From Vicugna vicugna (taxonomy: Eukaryota): a stretch of 64,000 nt of DNA. The DNA lies in contig MU057398.1 in NCBI GenBank assembly GCA_013265495.1, positions 186,001 through 250,000 of the forward strand, written 5' to 3'. The position numbers were made by a program, and so were the translations under genes. The notes under the pieces were generated by a model, which saw only the letters and a program-made list of their open reading frames with translations, was not told the DNA's origin and did no database searches. Positions 13,990 to 27,250 of this stretch are shown piece after piece (positions within the stretch are counted from its first letter, which is position 1; the number at the start of each line of letters is the position of its first letter).

Positions 13990-14475
13990 GCACGTGCACA
14001 AGTGAGCATGTGTGAATGAAGTGGGTGTGTGTGTGTGAGGACAACCATGTGAGCCCATGTGAGTGTGATGTGTATGCATCCCTGAGCGGGTGAGAGTGGG
14101 TGGATGTGTGAAGAAACGTGAATACCTGTGTGTGTAAGTGTGAATGCAGGTGAATAACTGAGAGTGTGCACATGTGTGTGCATTAGTATGTGACTAGGTG
14201 TGAATAATTGGGTGCAAGTGTGTGAAGCTGCATGAATAAGTGAGCACGAAGAGTGAGCCTGCATGAGCTGGGTGAGTCACCAGGTGTGCATGTGACTACG
14301 TGTGAGTGTGACTGAGCACATGGAAGTGTGCATGAGTGAGCACATGAGCGCATATGAGCTTTGGTGTGAAGGAGAATGAGTAAGGCTGTGTGTTGTGAGT
14401 GTGTGTGTGAACAGGCATGAGAGTGTGTCATCATGTGTGAGTGTGTGTGCACGTGTGCGCGGGCTCGTGTGTGAC
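13990..14475. repeat. Degenerate TG/GTGA-rich low-complexity tract
   Basis: About 480 bp of gtgtga/gtgagc/gcatgt units. Confidence 0.85.
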
Positions 14476-15639
14476 CTCTGCCTGAACTGACAGGTCCCAG
14501 ATTTCAGAAGCTGTCCATGGAACAGCTGCTTCCGGCAGAAGGGACAGACTATGGGGAGGTGTGATGGTCCCCCAACCCACGGAAGACCCCCTGGAGTGCC
14601 TCTGTGTCCTTCAGATCTCTGTCACAGTGGCGCCTCCTCAAAGAAGCCTTCCCTGAGCTCCCAGCCCCGTCTTTCATCTCTCCTTACTGATGGCCTCTTG
14701 GGGCCCTTATCCCAACTGCAATGTTCACTCTCTGCCTGCCAGCCCCTTGTTTTGGGGTCCCAGCTCAGCACCCAGCCCAAGTCTGGCACACAGGACACCC
14801 TGGGCCCCTGTTTGTCCAAGACAAGAAAGACTTTTGCTCTTTCCAGGCTGTGTCCCAGCCTCTCCTACCTGCTGGCCCCGGGTTGGTGATGCTCACTGCC
14901 GGTCCGTCATTTCCCTCCTGCACACTCAGCCCCCTTCCTGTGCCACCCCCGTCCCCTTGCACATCTGCTCGCTACTCATAAATAGTGGCAAAGGCCTGAT
15001 CTGGGTTCGGAAGCACTCACTGTCCCAGGAGCTGGGAAACTTGGGGCTTTAAAGACAAGGGGCCTGGGCCGGCCAGCTCCCGCCTGGCCACTGAGTGTCC
15101 ACGGGCACACACCTGGGTCTCTGTCCATAGATGTGCCTACGTGCATTTGTGCACATGGGGGTCTTCTCTGTGTTGGGGTTTTGTCTGCGTGTCTGTCTCC
15201 ACTTGTGTCAGGAGCCTGTGTTCCTGTGTGTCTGCCTCTCCGTGTCCTGTATAAGGGTGTTGGTGTGATAACATTTTGGGGTCACTGACTTCGAGAATCT
15301 GTCCCAAACTCCAGCTTTTTGTTTAGATGTCTTACACCCAACAGTTAGCCAGCAGTTTCCTATGCCTTGGAGGCCACGGAGGTTGGGGTCAGGGGTTGGG
15401 AGGGGAGGTGGTTAGCGGGGCGGAGGGTTCATGGGCCCCACGCTACAGATCTGCAGCCCGGTTCCACATCTTATTTGATTGTCAGGGAGACGGACCCAAC
15501 AGGCAGTGGCCTTGAGAGGGCGCGGCAGCCTGCGGGCTCACTGCCCTTTCTCTGAGCTCCCTCGTGCCAGGGCCCCCTAGTTTCCAGCCACACCCACCCC
15601 CTCCCCTCAGGCCAGCACCCTCAGGGGACGCCCCTCCCC

Positions 15640-16510
15640 CAGGCCGGGAAGGGCGTGCACCTGCGCGCGTCCTGGGGGACAGAAGGGCGCGCCCCGGGAG
15701 CGCAGCTCGGGAACCGCTTGGCTCGGGAGCCCCGCGGCCCCCGCGCCGCGCGCCGCCCCCCGCGCCCGCTCCCTCCTCCCTCCCCTTTCCTCCCGCCTCC
15801 CGCACGTGGCGAGCACTCGGCCGCAGTCCTCGTCCGCCGCGGAGGGTCGCGCCCGCGCTGCCAGCCAGGCCGCCCCGTGCCCGGGCCTTTACGATCCTCC
15901 GAGCGGATCGTTGCCCGCCGGGCGCCCGCCCGCAGCGACCAGCGACAGCGCCCGCCGGAACCGAGGCCGCGGTGGCGGCCGTGCCCATGACCGGGTAAGT
16001 GGAGAACCGGGCGCGCGGGCGCCGCCGGGGTGGGCGCCGGCTCGGGCGGGGCGGGCGGCCCAGCAGGTGGCGGGGCCGGCAGGTGGGGGGACACAGATCC
16101 CCGCTCGCGGCACCTGCTTCCCGCGTCTGGCCTGCGTGTCCTTGCGGCGCCTCAGCCGCGCGTCACCCCCATGGTCCCCCGGCCGGCGGGCAGCGCCCTG
16201 CACCCGGCACCCTGCGCCCCGCATCCCGGGCGCACGCGCATCTGCGTCTGGGGAAAAAGGCCTCTGGGGGCTGGGGGCGGGGTCCGGGGGGGGCACAGCG
16301 GGGGGCGCCGGGCCTGGGCAGGAGCGGGCCGCGCACGCACCTTCTCGGAGCCTTGGGCACCCCCTCCCCCCGCACTCTCACATTGTGTCATCCTTCCCGG
16401 ACACACAGCCTGAGAAACCCTTACACGTTCCCACAATGTCCCCCGCACGCCCACATAGCCGCCCAGCCGACCCTGCCGCTGGCCTGGTTAGTGCTGATGG
16501 CAGGCGGCCC
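15640..16510 (+). promoter_or_regulatory. ATP2B3: CpG island, probable ATP2B3 promoter
   Basis: Very high GC and CpG density, GC boxes, E-box CACGTG at 15803-15808, NRF1-like GCGCACGCGCA near 16230. It lies about 19 kb upstream of the ATP2B3 start codon on the same strand. Confidence 0.85.
15800..15994 (+). other. ATP2B3: Probable non-coding first exon of ATP2B3 (start approximate)
   Basis: Consensus donor CGG|GTAAGT at 15995-16000 inside the CpG island. The TSS cannot be determined from sequence. Confidence 0.6.
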
Positions 16511-16759
16511 CGCCACACTTGGGTAACTCCTTCTCCATCCCTCTATGCACAGCGGTCCTCCGCCTCCTCACCTGTGTGACCTTGGCCAGACGACTTCTCC
16601 TGCCTCCTGCCGGGTCCTCAGTTTTCCCACGGGTTTAGGATTCTGGAATTTGGAGCGCTGGTGTGGCATCTCCCAGAGGAGGGAGCCCTGGGTCTCCCCC
16701 TTGGACAATCCAATTCGCTCTCTAGGACCTGGTCTCCTTCCTTCTGCTGGCCCCTTTAG

Positions 16760-16839
16760 GGCATAGCTGCCTGGCCAGCTTGGGAGGGAGGCACAGCAAG
16801 GGGCAGGGCAGGACTGGAGGGAGCCTTGGAGAACCCAGG
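16760..16839 (+). other. ATP2B3: Candidate 80-nt non-coding 5' UTR exon of ATP2B3
   Basis: Pyrimidine tract with cccctttag| acceptor and AGG|gtgagg donor. No transcript evidence. Confidence 0.35.
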
Positions 16840-18649
16840 GTGAGGGTCTGGTGAGGGGCTGGGAGAGAGTGTGGAAAGTCTCCCTGAGAGGACGGGGCAG
16901 TGCCAACACCCCTCAACTAGGCACTCGGTACTCCCCGGGCTGGGGTAGGGGAGCAGGACCACTCGGTATTTTAAAGGTGAGGCCACTGGGCCTCTGACCT
17001 GAAGTGAGTCTCTGCCAGCCACATAGTCAAGTCCAATGTGACCCCAGCCGTCCCATTCTCCCTCGGCTCCCCGCAAGGACTTGGGTGCCAGCCTAGCAGG
17101 CAGTCCTCCTCATTTGCCCATAGCTCTGGGCCTTCCTGACCCACTGCAGTCACCCCTCACTGATCTGTGGCAAGCATCTGAAGGCAAGGACCAGTTACTA
17201 ATCTGCACTGGCTGCTGGGGTGCCCTGCACAGGCCTGGCTCAGAGTGGGCACAGTATTCTGTGTGGTACATTCATGACCTTGACCACATGGAATCTGCAG
17301 AATCACCTGGTGAGGGAGGCAAGGCCTGGATTTTTGTCCCCATTTTTTACATGGGATAATTGAGGCCCCAAGAGGGGAAGGGACTTGCCCCCGTGTTGAC
17401 TGGTTAGGCGGGTGGCTGGGGACACTCTCATGGGCCTGGTGAGGGGAGCACCTCCCAGCTGTCCTGGCATGGTTCTAAGCAGGTTCCTAGACCTTCCAGC
17501 TGCGTCTCACTATCAGCGCCACTGCTTTCATCACCCTTTCTCAGCCAAGGAAACCAAGGCCACATGGCTCATGAGAGGGGAGCTGGGTTGCAGACCTGGG
17601 AGTTGGGAACTCCTGCCAGCTCTGGCCTGCAGAGGAGGCTGCCCAGGCCCCTGAGGGCCTCAGCTGAGGCTGGACAGGGGGGTCCGAAGATGGAGCCAGC
17701 CCCTGGAGAGTGAGCCATTTGGAAGCTTGTGGTCCGAGGGTATTGACTGTCCCTGCTGCTGGCCTCAAGGAGAGGGAGGGCCAAGGACACAGTCGGTCTT
17801 GATCAGACCAACCTGGTCCATGCCCAGCGCTGCCAGGTGGTTTGAGAGAAAGGGCAGGCGTCTCTGGCACAGAAGGGGGGAACACAGGCAGATGGAACTG
17901 AGGCGGCGTGGGAGAGGGCTCTGTGCAGAGCCAGAAGGAAAACCAGTCCTTTGGGGAAGGAAGCCCAGGAGGCTAAGAGCGCGCTGGGGAGACAGCTACC
18001 AGGCCATGCCAGGCCGGGGAGCAGGGATGCTGCAGCAGGCCCCTGAGGGGCAGAGAAGGTGGTGGGAAGTGTCTTGGTCATGTGGGTAGCACCCAGGTTG
18101 GGGGCTAGCTCTGGGCTTGATGGTCTTTGTGACCTTGGCTGAGTCTCTTCCCAGCTCCAGGCCTGGGGAGCGCGGGGGTGGGCCTCAGTGGACTCCACTG
18201 ACATTTCAGGATTCCGAGCTGGAACTTCAGAGGTTGAATCATTTGCGGGCGTGGGGAGAGGCCAGGCCGTGAGTCAGTGAGCAGTCTCTATCCCAGAGCA
18301 TCTTCTTCCAGCCCAAGGAGGCAGCTGAAGGGTGCTGGGGTCAGCTGCAGCCCCTCTCCCCCTCCCCCAGCATGGCTTTTAGAGAGGAACCCTTGCCTTC
18401 TTGGTGGACAAGATGAGAGTGTCTTGGGCCCCTGGAGCCTTTGGGAGCTTAGCTTCATCAGAGACTCTCGAAGCCAGCAAAGCCGGGTCCAGCTTCCTCC
18501 CCCCACCTTACAGAGCAAGTTGTCAGCACACATGTGGGCTTTGCCCCTCACGCTCCCTTCTGGTTTTCAACCGAGGGCGTGGATATTTAGCTGGTGGCTG
18601 CCATCTCTGTCGGAGGTTACCAGCACATTAAATAATGGCAGTAGTGACA

Positions 18650-18880
18650 GTAATAATAATGGCGTTCATCCTATGCCAGACACTGCTCTCAGCGCTTTGC
18701 AGACATTCCCTCACTTCAGTGAGACAACCACCACGGGAAGCCATGGCTCTCGCTGTCCCCATTTTGCAGATGAGGTAACTGAGGCCCGGAGAGATTAGGC
18801 AACTCGCCCAAGGTCCCACAGCCAGTAGGTGGTAAAACTAGCACAGAAGGCAGGCCGTCAGGCTCCTGAGTCTGGTTTGT
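18650..18880 (-). mobile_element. MIR SINE relic
   Basis: MIR core cccattttgcagatgaggtaactgaggc...gcccaaggtcccacagc. Other MIR-like relics occur near 17270-17400, 26220-26375, 33120-33190 and 54535-54720. Confidence 0.75.
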
Positions 18881-19964
18881 GTATGTAGCCACTGGTTCCG
18901 TCCTCTCTAGAAGTCTGTGCTGAACTCAGCAGAATGCAGCATTGTATGAGTGAGCCGATTGTCAAGGGCACTTCTATTCTTTGGAAGACCCTGAGCCCAC
19001 CTCTACCCACTGAGAGAAATGGATAAACTGTAGATTGGTATCAATCCGAAGTTGGGGGACTACTCGTCCTCCAGTAAGTCTTCCCCGTGACCCTGCCAGG
19101 GCACCTCTGCAAAGGGACTATCTCAGTGTGTCTAAATGGCTGCTGAGAGATGGAGACCTGGGCTGTGGCACCAAAGGCAGATGCTGAAATCTGACAAAGG
19201 GCGTTCTGCCCGAGAGCCTCACCAATGCCGTCTTGGAGATGGGCACAGGGGCTGGGCTCAGGCTGTGACTTTGCTGGGCACGGCAGGCAGGCACCTGGCA
19301 GGCACAGATGTCTCCTCCCCACCCCACCCCCATCATTTCCCAGAAGGCCACTTCTTTAGATGGGGGCCCCAGTTCCTCACTCTTTCTCCCTTCCCTGCCC
19401 TGGCTAAGCTGGCAGAAGCCAGGCCAAGCAGGGCCCGGCTGGAAAGCCCTCCCCTGCCTGTGCACCTTCTGTTGGGTGGGAGGTGCTGGAAGTGGGCCTG
19501 GGAGTGCCGCCTGGAGAGCAGGATCTAAGCCCACACATCACCGGGACAGAGGGAAAGATGCTGTCAGGCAGAGGAGCGAAGACTAGGTGTCCAGACTGCC
19601 CAAGGCTGGGAAGGGGACGAGATCAAGGTCACAGGACTGAGCAGGTGACAGAACCCAAACCAGAGCCACAGGGTGCCGGGAGGAAGGCCCAGAGTGGTGT
19701 GGGAAAGGGCTGGAGGTTTCTCAGGATTCCCACCTCCGAGGACTGGCAGGGGATTTGGGGCACCAGAGGATTCTGGAAGCTCGGGTCCACATCAGCACTA
19801 TGCAAAGGGGGTTCCTTGGCCACCGTCCTGGGGGAGCACCTGATTTAAAGGGACCCTGAGCCTGCCTCTTTGTTCTGTAGGTGAGTCCTCAGTAAAAGGG
19901 AACCCTTTTCTTCCAAGGAGAACTGCTGTCTGCAGCCACGGGCTCAAGGTGCTTTCTGGGGTGG

Positions 19965-20088
19965 GTTTTTTTTTAATATTTTTTTTGTTTTCTGCGAGGG
20001 AGGTAATTAGATTTACTCATTTATTTTTAGAGGAGGTACTGGGGATTGAACCCAGGACCTCACTCTACCACTGAGCTATACCCTCCCC
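19965..20088 (-). mobile_element. tRNA-derived SINE (camelid-like) with A-rich tail and target-site duplication
   Basis: Minus strand reads GGGGAGGGTATAGCTCAGTGGTAGAGTGAGGTCCTGGGTTCAATCCCCAGTACCTCC (A box and B box), then an A-rich tail. It is flanked by aggtgctttctggggtgg (19947-19964) and aggtgctttctagagtgg (20092-20109), 16/18 identical. Confidence 0.85.
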
Positions 20089-20114
20089 ACGAGGTGCTTT
20101 CTAGAGTGGCGAGA

Positions 20115-20270
20115 TTTATTGTAGTAGCCACTAGCCACAAGTGGAGATTTAATTAAAATTAAGTCAAGTTTAAAATTCCGTTCCTCAGTTGCTCACCACG
20201 TTTCAAGTGCTCCGTAGCCACACAGAGAGAGCGTCTCCGTCACTCCCGGAGGTGCTATCATCCAGCGCCA
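20115..20270. mobile_element. MER3-like hAT-Charlie DNA transposon relic
   Basis: gtagccactagccaca...ttcctcagttgc...tttcaagtgctc.gtagccac motifs typical of MER3/MER33. Confidence 0.65.
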
Positions 20271-20654
20271 CTTCAGAGCCAATGCAGACAACCCTCACAT
20301 GGACCCCAAGGCCACTCCCATGCCTTTTCCCCCATGGTTCCTTGAAAGGGACTGGGTCAAGCGGGTGTGGACGCCTCGGGGCAGCCTGTTCACCACCTGG
20401 AAAGTCTGGGGGGCTCTGCCACACTTGCTAAGGGCCAGCCCAGGAGCCCACAGGCTTGGGCAAGGGAGGGGAGAGAGTGCCTCGTTCCAGGAGCAGCTCA
20501 CCGCGTGGTGGGGACGCTGATTCCAGCTGCCCTGGCGCGTAGCACAGGCGAGCCTGGCTCTAGCCCGCACCTCGTGCTCGGGCTCCCTCACCTGGAGCAG
20601 GCGGGGGCGCCTGGGCAGCCCTGCAGGCGAGGGAGGCTCTCGGGGGTTGTTGCC

Positions 20655-21830
20655 TTTTTTTAAATAATGTTTATTTCTTTCATTTAAAGATAGCTCTTAA
20701 CATACATGCTCTTTGCAGAAAATTCGTGAACCGCTGAGAAGTAGCAGACATAGGAACCCCCTCCATCCTATCACCAAAATGCCAGCCAGTGTTTCCCATT
20801 TCATTGGACGTGTCTCCGCTCCTCTTTCTCTGCATAGGCTATTTATTTTCACATTACTGTAATTATACCATGGGCACAATTGTGTAATCTATTTTTTACT
20901 TCACACAAGCATTTTCTTTATTAATGTAATCCCTTTCTAAATGAATTTTTTTCAAAATGGGTATAGTTTAATTTTTTTAAGATTATGAAAGCAGTAAGTG
21001 CTTTATTGCAAAACATAAAGAACTTGAACCAAGCAATGAAGAAACTACACATGATCGTTCGCTCATTCAACAGCTGTTTATCAAGCACCCAGGATGTATC
21101 GGGGAGGTCCTCCAGGCTGTAATTACAATTTTTAATGGCTGAATAATATTCTCTCAAGAGATTGTAATTCGCTTAATTATGTGGCTATTTGTGGAGATGC
21201 AGGCCTTCGGATTCGTTTTACACTCCTATGTGAGGCTCTGCTGAGCATCTGGGTGGGTGACGCTCGTTCCGTCCCAAGGAGAGAGTACCCAGACGGAAGC
21301 TCATTTTGCCAAATTCTTCTCCAAAGGGCTTTTCTGGGCGTCCAAGGGCCGGCCCACTGCAGCCCTGCCAGCCTTGGGTATTGTAATCAAACAACCTGGC
21401 ATAAGTGTCTAGACCCAAAATGTCTACTTCGCTTTCTATTCCTTGAATTGTGCCTGAGAGTGAGCGCTTTTCCCCCTGTGGATCGACGGCATCTCTTTTT
21501 GTTAAGTGATCTGTCTGTCCCTCTCCTTTATTTATTGAGCTCCAGGTGTTTCTCTTGTGGGTCTGAATAAACTTTATACGTGAAAGATTAGTTCAGCATC
21601 TTTGTTGCAAATCATTTTAAATCCTCTTTGTCTTTTGCCTTTTACTGTTTTCATGCTAAAGGTAAACACTTTTCTATCTCACTGTTTTTTAGTGATTTCT
21701 TCCATTGCTTCTCAGCTTACAAACTCCCTTACAGAAATCTGAGAACTGTCCCTCTCTGGGTTGGCCATATGTCTGTGTGTGTGAGCGACTGGGTATGTAG
21801 TTGCATTTTTAAGATTTTTAACTCTTTAAT
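20655..21830 (-). mobile_element. Old L1 (L1M-type) fragments, AT-rich
   Basis: Abrupt T-rich, low-GC block with L1-like motifs such as atggctgaataatattc, ttttgccaaatt and tttgttgcaaat. Confidence 0.5.
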
Positions 21831-21831
21831 C

Positions 21832-22001
21832 CAGGGGTGAGCAGACTTTTTCTGCAAAGGGTCAGATAGTGAATATTTTCCACTTTGCAAAGGATGCAGA
21901 CATGCTGGAAATGTAGGGATGTGAGTGTACTGATAAAACTTTATTCACAAAAACACTTGGCTGCCAGATTTGTCCCTGCGGCTGGAGTTTGCCGAATCCT
22001 G
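21832..22001. mobile_element. MER58A-like hAT-Charlie MITE
   Basis: Termini caggggtgagcagac and gtttgccgaatcctg are imperfect inverted repeats. Internal ttttctgcaaagggtcagatagtgaatatttt and aaactttattcacaaaaac. Direct repeat tttaatc on both sides (21825-21831, 22002-22008). Confidence 0.8.
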
Positions 22002-25000
22002 TTTAATCCAAAGGAAATTTGTAGGTAAAAACCTAAGGTACAGTGTTTTCCTGAGTGGTAACCCATCATTCCCATTTCTTTTATGAAATCCTTTGTCTCC
22101 TGGCTGATTGCGTGGTCCTGGTGTGCAGCAGGGCCTGTGTCTGGGCTGTCTGTCACTCTGCGGGCCCGTGCATGGGCTCCCACACTGGCAGCATGCTTTT
22201 ACTTCTTAAACCTTGCATCATTTGATACCTGACCTGCAGGTCTCACCTTAGGAATCTTAAAGCAAAATCAAACTCCTTGCCTCTTTGTCCCCTGAACTTT
22301 AGACCCATTTGTCAAGTCCCCCAAATCAAGCACTCGGCCACACGGTCCTGGGCCTCTTTAGAGTTCAAAGCAGCGGGTGAGTCCCCGCCAACTCGGATGG
22401 CGCTCACTCTCCATAGACGCTGTGTGTTTTCCTCACAGAGAGAGACACAGGGGAGGCAGGTGTGGGCAGGAGAGCATGGTCCGAAGCAGAGGCCCACAGC
22501 AAAGGATGCCCAGATGGCCAGGATCCCCAGACCCTCCTGACTGAGAAACAGGAAACCAAAGCTGGCAGCCAAGGAGGAGACAGGGAGATGCGGGGGTCGC
22601 TGCCGGCCAGCTCCAGCCCGGCCACTGTGGACCTCAGAAGACAGGGCTTTGGCCCTGGTGCTGTTCTCTGGGAGTCTGGTCTCCGGCTGGCCTTGAACGA
22701 AGGTGGACTCAGCTAAGGTGACTTTTTCCTGACTGGCCCGGGAACATCATCGGTCCCCGGACTGGGTGACACCGGACACCCCTACACGCTTGCGTTCTGC
22801 CGCAGACCCTGAACTGGGCTCGAGTCTGTGGAGCAGTAGGCGGGCTCTCTGAGGAACCGCTGTCCACAAGGCCACAGGCGTGGCTCGTGGTGGTGCACAG
22901 GGCACCACCTCGCAGGGAGGGCCCTTCTCCACAGAAGGACCAGCCCGGCCGAAAGCACCCGGTGCCCTCGGTGCCTAGCACGGGGAAGGGCCTCCACCTG
23001 TCACGCCAGGCCTGGGGGACCTTTCCCGACACCCTGACCCCACCCACAGGCCTCAGCTTCGCTCCTCCTGGAAGAACTGGGGCAAACTGTCCCATCTTGG
23101 TTTGGAGCCATGGGCCTGGGAGTGATGCTCATGGCCCCTGGCCAGGCGGGCCGGGGCTCCTCGGGCTGCTGAGGTTCCCAAGCACTGCCCTTCCTGTGGG
23201 CAGGGCGGCCCTGCAGGCAGAGGGAGGCTCCCACATGATGGTGCCCGGGACCTGGAGCAGCCCGGGAGGGAGGGCCTCGGACACAGACACGGCCCATCCT
23301 GGGTGCCCCTCAGCCCACCCAGTCCCAAGCTCCCTCCCAGGGCCCCTGGCCGGATGGCCCACTGGGCCATGGCCAGTGGTCAGGCCTCTTTTCTAGGACA
23401 CCTCCGTACTGGGGAGCAGAGCAGGGTGAGAGTCACCCTAGCCCCTGCCATCCATCCGTGGGGCCAGAGGCCAAGGGGGCTGGCATGAGGGCTGCTGGCA
23501 TGGGGCCTGGCAGCCCCCAGAGAGGCCCATGTGGCTGTGGCTGTGGGGGCAGGGGCCACAGGGTCAGGGCTCCCGGCCTCCCCCTTTGGACCAGGAGGCA
23601 GCACTTTCATTGCAGCTGGTGCCAGGCCGCGCCCCCCCATCTCATCCCCCACCATCCCCTACTGCCTTCCTGGCTCTCAGCCTTAGTGGACATCTGGCTG
23701 TGAGCAGGCTGGGGGAAGGGGCACCATGGACGAGAGGGTCCGGGACCTGGGGGAGGGGCCAGCCTGGACCCTGATGGGCTGCGGTGTGGGGCTCGCTGAG
23801 GGGGGACTCTCACTGTATGTTGTTGTCACTGAGGCCCTGCTGCTTCCACATGACCCCCATGCCTCCCCACACACCCTGGGCCTGCAGGAGCTTTGTGGTG
23901 TCCTCTCAGGGCTTTGCCAGAAATGCTTTAGGATTTGTGTGCTGGGGTCCTCCTCCATCAGAAATAGCTTTTCAGGACCCAGCAGGGCGCGGTCTGCGTG
24001 ACTCAGATGGCGGCCAGGCCCCTGCCGTCTGGTACCCTGGTGACCTTCAGGTCCTGCCATCGCTGCCAGTTGGGGTTGGTAAGGATGCTGGAGTGGAGCC
24101 TGGAGGCCTTGCAGATGCCCCTCCCTAAGCTGCGGCTTCCAAGGCGTCCTCTCGAGTGGCACTACTGGCCACTGTCTCCTCCGCTGTCCGTGCATTTGGC
24201 AGCAGACATCCCTCCACGGTCAGCCTGGAGAGGTGGCACACACGCTCTGGTGTGCTAGTTCTTCGTGTCTGGGTCACAGAAGGCCAGCTACGCTGGACTC
24301 CCATCTTCAGTCTGAGCACATCTTCTCTGCTCCAGCCAGCACTCATGCCACTCTCACCTCCCAGTGGGATGCCCAAGACCAAGGTCTTTTCCACGTAGTC
24401 AGAGTGGCCTGTGCCCAGGGTCCCTGTACGGTGGCGGAACCCGTCAGCTCTTTCTCCACGTTGATTTGGCCCTGTGGGGGAGTCAGCCAGGTCTCTGGAC
24501 CTGACTCTAACCTCCAGACTAGCTGAATCCTATGGGAGACACAGGAGACCAGCTTTGCCAGCACTCAGAGACCCTGAGGTGGAGCCAAAGTTAGCTCATA
24601 CAGCTCTGGTCTCCCACTGGGAGCCTGGCCTTCTGAACTTTTTTACTGGCCACAGGGAAGTGGGCATCCCTCCCTGACAGTTCCCTGGCCCCTGACCTTC
24701 ACCTGAAGAGTCTCTCCAAGCCTGTCTCCCCAAGGGCTTCAGCCAGTTTCCGGAAACCTGGTCCTTTCCTCATCAGGACCCACAATCGGGGCCCCATGGA
24801 GCCTGTCCTCAGGAGGACACATATGTCCCAGCAGTCTCCTTATCTAGTCACCCTGGGCCTGCAGCTGTCTGTAATTTCCTTAATTACCTATTTAAGACTT
24901 GGCTGCTTCCGGTGGCTTTGAGCTGGCTCTGGGGATTGGAAGCTGGCAGGGGTACAGTGTGGTACCATGGACAGAGCCAGGGAGACATGCCCCCCCCTTT

Positions 25001-26709
25001 TTTGGAGTAGGGGAGGGCTGGGATTGAGGGCCCTTCATTCTGTCCACATGTTGTCCCGCTATAAAAGCCTGGAGGATGGGGCCCTGTGATCCCCTTGACC
25101 CCAGAGGAGTCTTCTCGGCCCCTTTGGGGGCTGGAGGCCTGCCCCAGAGGCCAAGCCATGGCATCTCTAGGTCCCTCCACCCCGCCACTTCTGAGACCAC
25201 AGGCCAGCCATGCTCTGCTCACTGGGCAGGCTCGGGACCTCACTGCCTGCCAGCTGCTCACAGGGTAAAGCAGGAGGGGCGTGGGCCGTGTGCGCCAGCC
25301 GAGTGCGGGCGAGGGGCGGCTGGCTCGGCTCCCTGCTGTGGCGCAGCTCAGTCCTGCACAGCTCCAGCTCCAGCTGTAATTGGATAATTAGTGTCATGAT
25401 GCTTCCTGCCCATCGGCTTCTCCCCCTCCTGCTCTCCCGCACTCTCAAGCCTTCGCTGGCAGGAAGCAAATGACTGACCCCCTCAGGCTAGAGTCGTGAC
25501 CCCCGGAACTACACTTCAAGGCTCCAGGAAGAAAAAGGTTCCAACTTTCCTCAGGGACAGAGGGGCACCAGGTGCTGTTGAAGGGCTTCCCCCCAGGAGC
25601 ACCTTAGGGAACTGGCTGCTGCCCCGGGCCCCAGCCCCCGCCCTGCTTGGTGCCTAGCACTCTCCAGGAGAGATTCAGGGCCTGGACCTGCTTGAGGAAG
25701 GCCCCAGAAACAGGGGAGCATCTGAGAGGCCCATGTGGTCAGCCCCCAGCCAAGCAGAATGTTCTGGCCTCACTGGTGGAGCCTGGTCCCGAATCCTGAA
25801 TTATGGGGTGCAGGCAGAGGGAGGGCAGGCATGGTAGATGGATTGACTTAACAAGAAGCGTTCCAGTCATTCATCTTCCTGCAGAAAGTCTGAGGGGCAC
25901 GAAGAAGCCCTCCAGGGAAATGGGCCCCCAGGGCCCTTCCTCCGTATGTGTGCGTGGTGGCACCCTGTCCTCTGGAGTTTACGCCCACGCAGCCAGGAGG
26001 AATGAGGAGCCATTTCCTAGATTCAAAAGTGGAAAGCAAGCGAGGCTGAGTGATCTGTGCCGGTGAGCGCTGCCAGGCCTGACTCCGGCACTTGCACTCC
26101 CAAACCCTGAGGTTTAAGGGACAGACTTCCTTTCTAGTCTCTTCGTTGAAGTCTTTTAATTGGTTTTAATCCTGTGTTCATTACTTTTCCAGGGTTTTTT
26201 GGGCCGTCACTTGGCAGAGGAGCAATGTAGAATTCTCTTGAGCCAGACCACCTGAGTTCTCACTGGCCTCTGCTCCTCGCTGGCTCTGTGATCTTGAGTG
26301 AGCTCTTTAAACGCTATGTGCCTCAGCGGCCTGAGGCTCAAGTGGGGATAATCACTTCTCCCACCTCAGAGGCTTGGAGTGCACAGGGTAGCGGGGTGGA
26401 ATTCCACCACAGCGCGGAAAGGGCACTGGGCGTTGCATGTGACCAGATTTTTATTCGGCTCTCCCCCCAGTACACCCATTGTTCTGTCTTTTGCTTTGGC
26501 TGGGATTTCTAGGACAATATCAAATGACGCAGGTGAGAGGGGGCCCAGCTCTGAACCATCCCACGTCCCATGGAGCCCCTGGACGTGGCAGGGGTTGGTA
26601 GGTCATGGAAACTTCAGGGATGCCTCCTGGCTTTCCTAGAACCAGGGCTGGCTCCGGGTATGGAGGGAAGGCAGGCATCGTACCTGACGACAGGCTGGGT
26701 TCCTTCCTG

Positions 26710-27250
26710 CACACCTGAATTACCTGGGAGAGGGGCTTGACTTCTTTAACAGACCCAGCTTAATGGAGACACACACAAGAGAGATGATTTCTTCTGTTCA
26801 TAAAAGTCTAGGTAAGCAACTAGGGCTACTGGGCTGTCCGGGGTCAGGGCTCCTTCGACGGTGTTGCCACTTCCTCAACATGTGGATTTCGTGTGCAACA
26901 TGGAGCAACATAGCTGCTCCTGCTCCTGTCTTCACATCAGCATTTCAGCCGGCAGGAAGGAGGAGAGGGACAGGGTGGGGAGAGGCCCGTTCCTTCCCTT
27001 TAAGAACACAACCCTGAAGCACTGTCCCATGTGCTGAGAACCCCCCTAGTGTTGTCCAAGAGTAAGGCGGTTCCCTGTCCCTTTTGCTCACATCCCATTG
27101 GCCAGGACCTAGTCACATGGCCACAGGTAGCTGCCCCTGAATTGGGGGAATATAGTCATTAGCTGGGTGACAAGACGCCTAGCTAAAAATTAAAATACAC
27201 TTGGGAAGACAAGAACAGAAATCAGGGAATGTCTGGCAAGTCTCTGCCAC
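26710..27250. mobile_element. Old MLT1-type LTR relic
   Basis: Motifs gctgctcctgctcc...ttcacatc, cacatcccattggccaggacctagtcacatggccac, tagtc..tagctggg. Confidence 0.6.

Noticed and set aside
15482..16579. Many overlapping 100-257 aa ORFs on both strands
   Set aside because: Arg/Pro/Gly/Ala-rich products are expected from a stop-poor CpG island, and there is no recognisable domain.
20032..20088. tRNA-like sequence
   Set aside because: It lacks the anticodon arm and has an A-rich tail and TSD, so it is a SINE rather than a tRNA gene.
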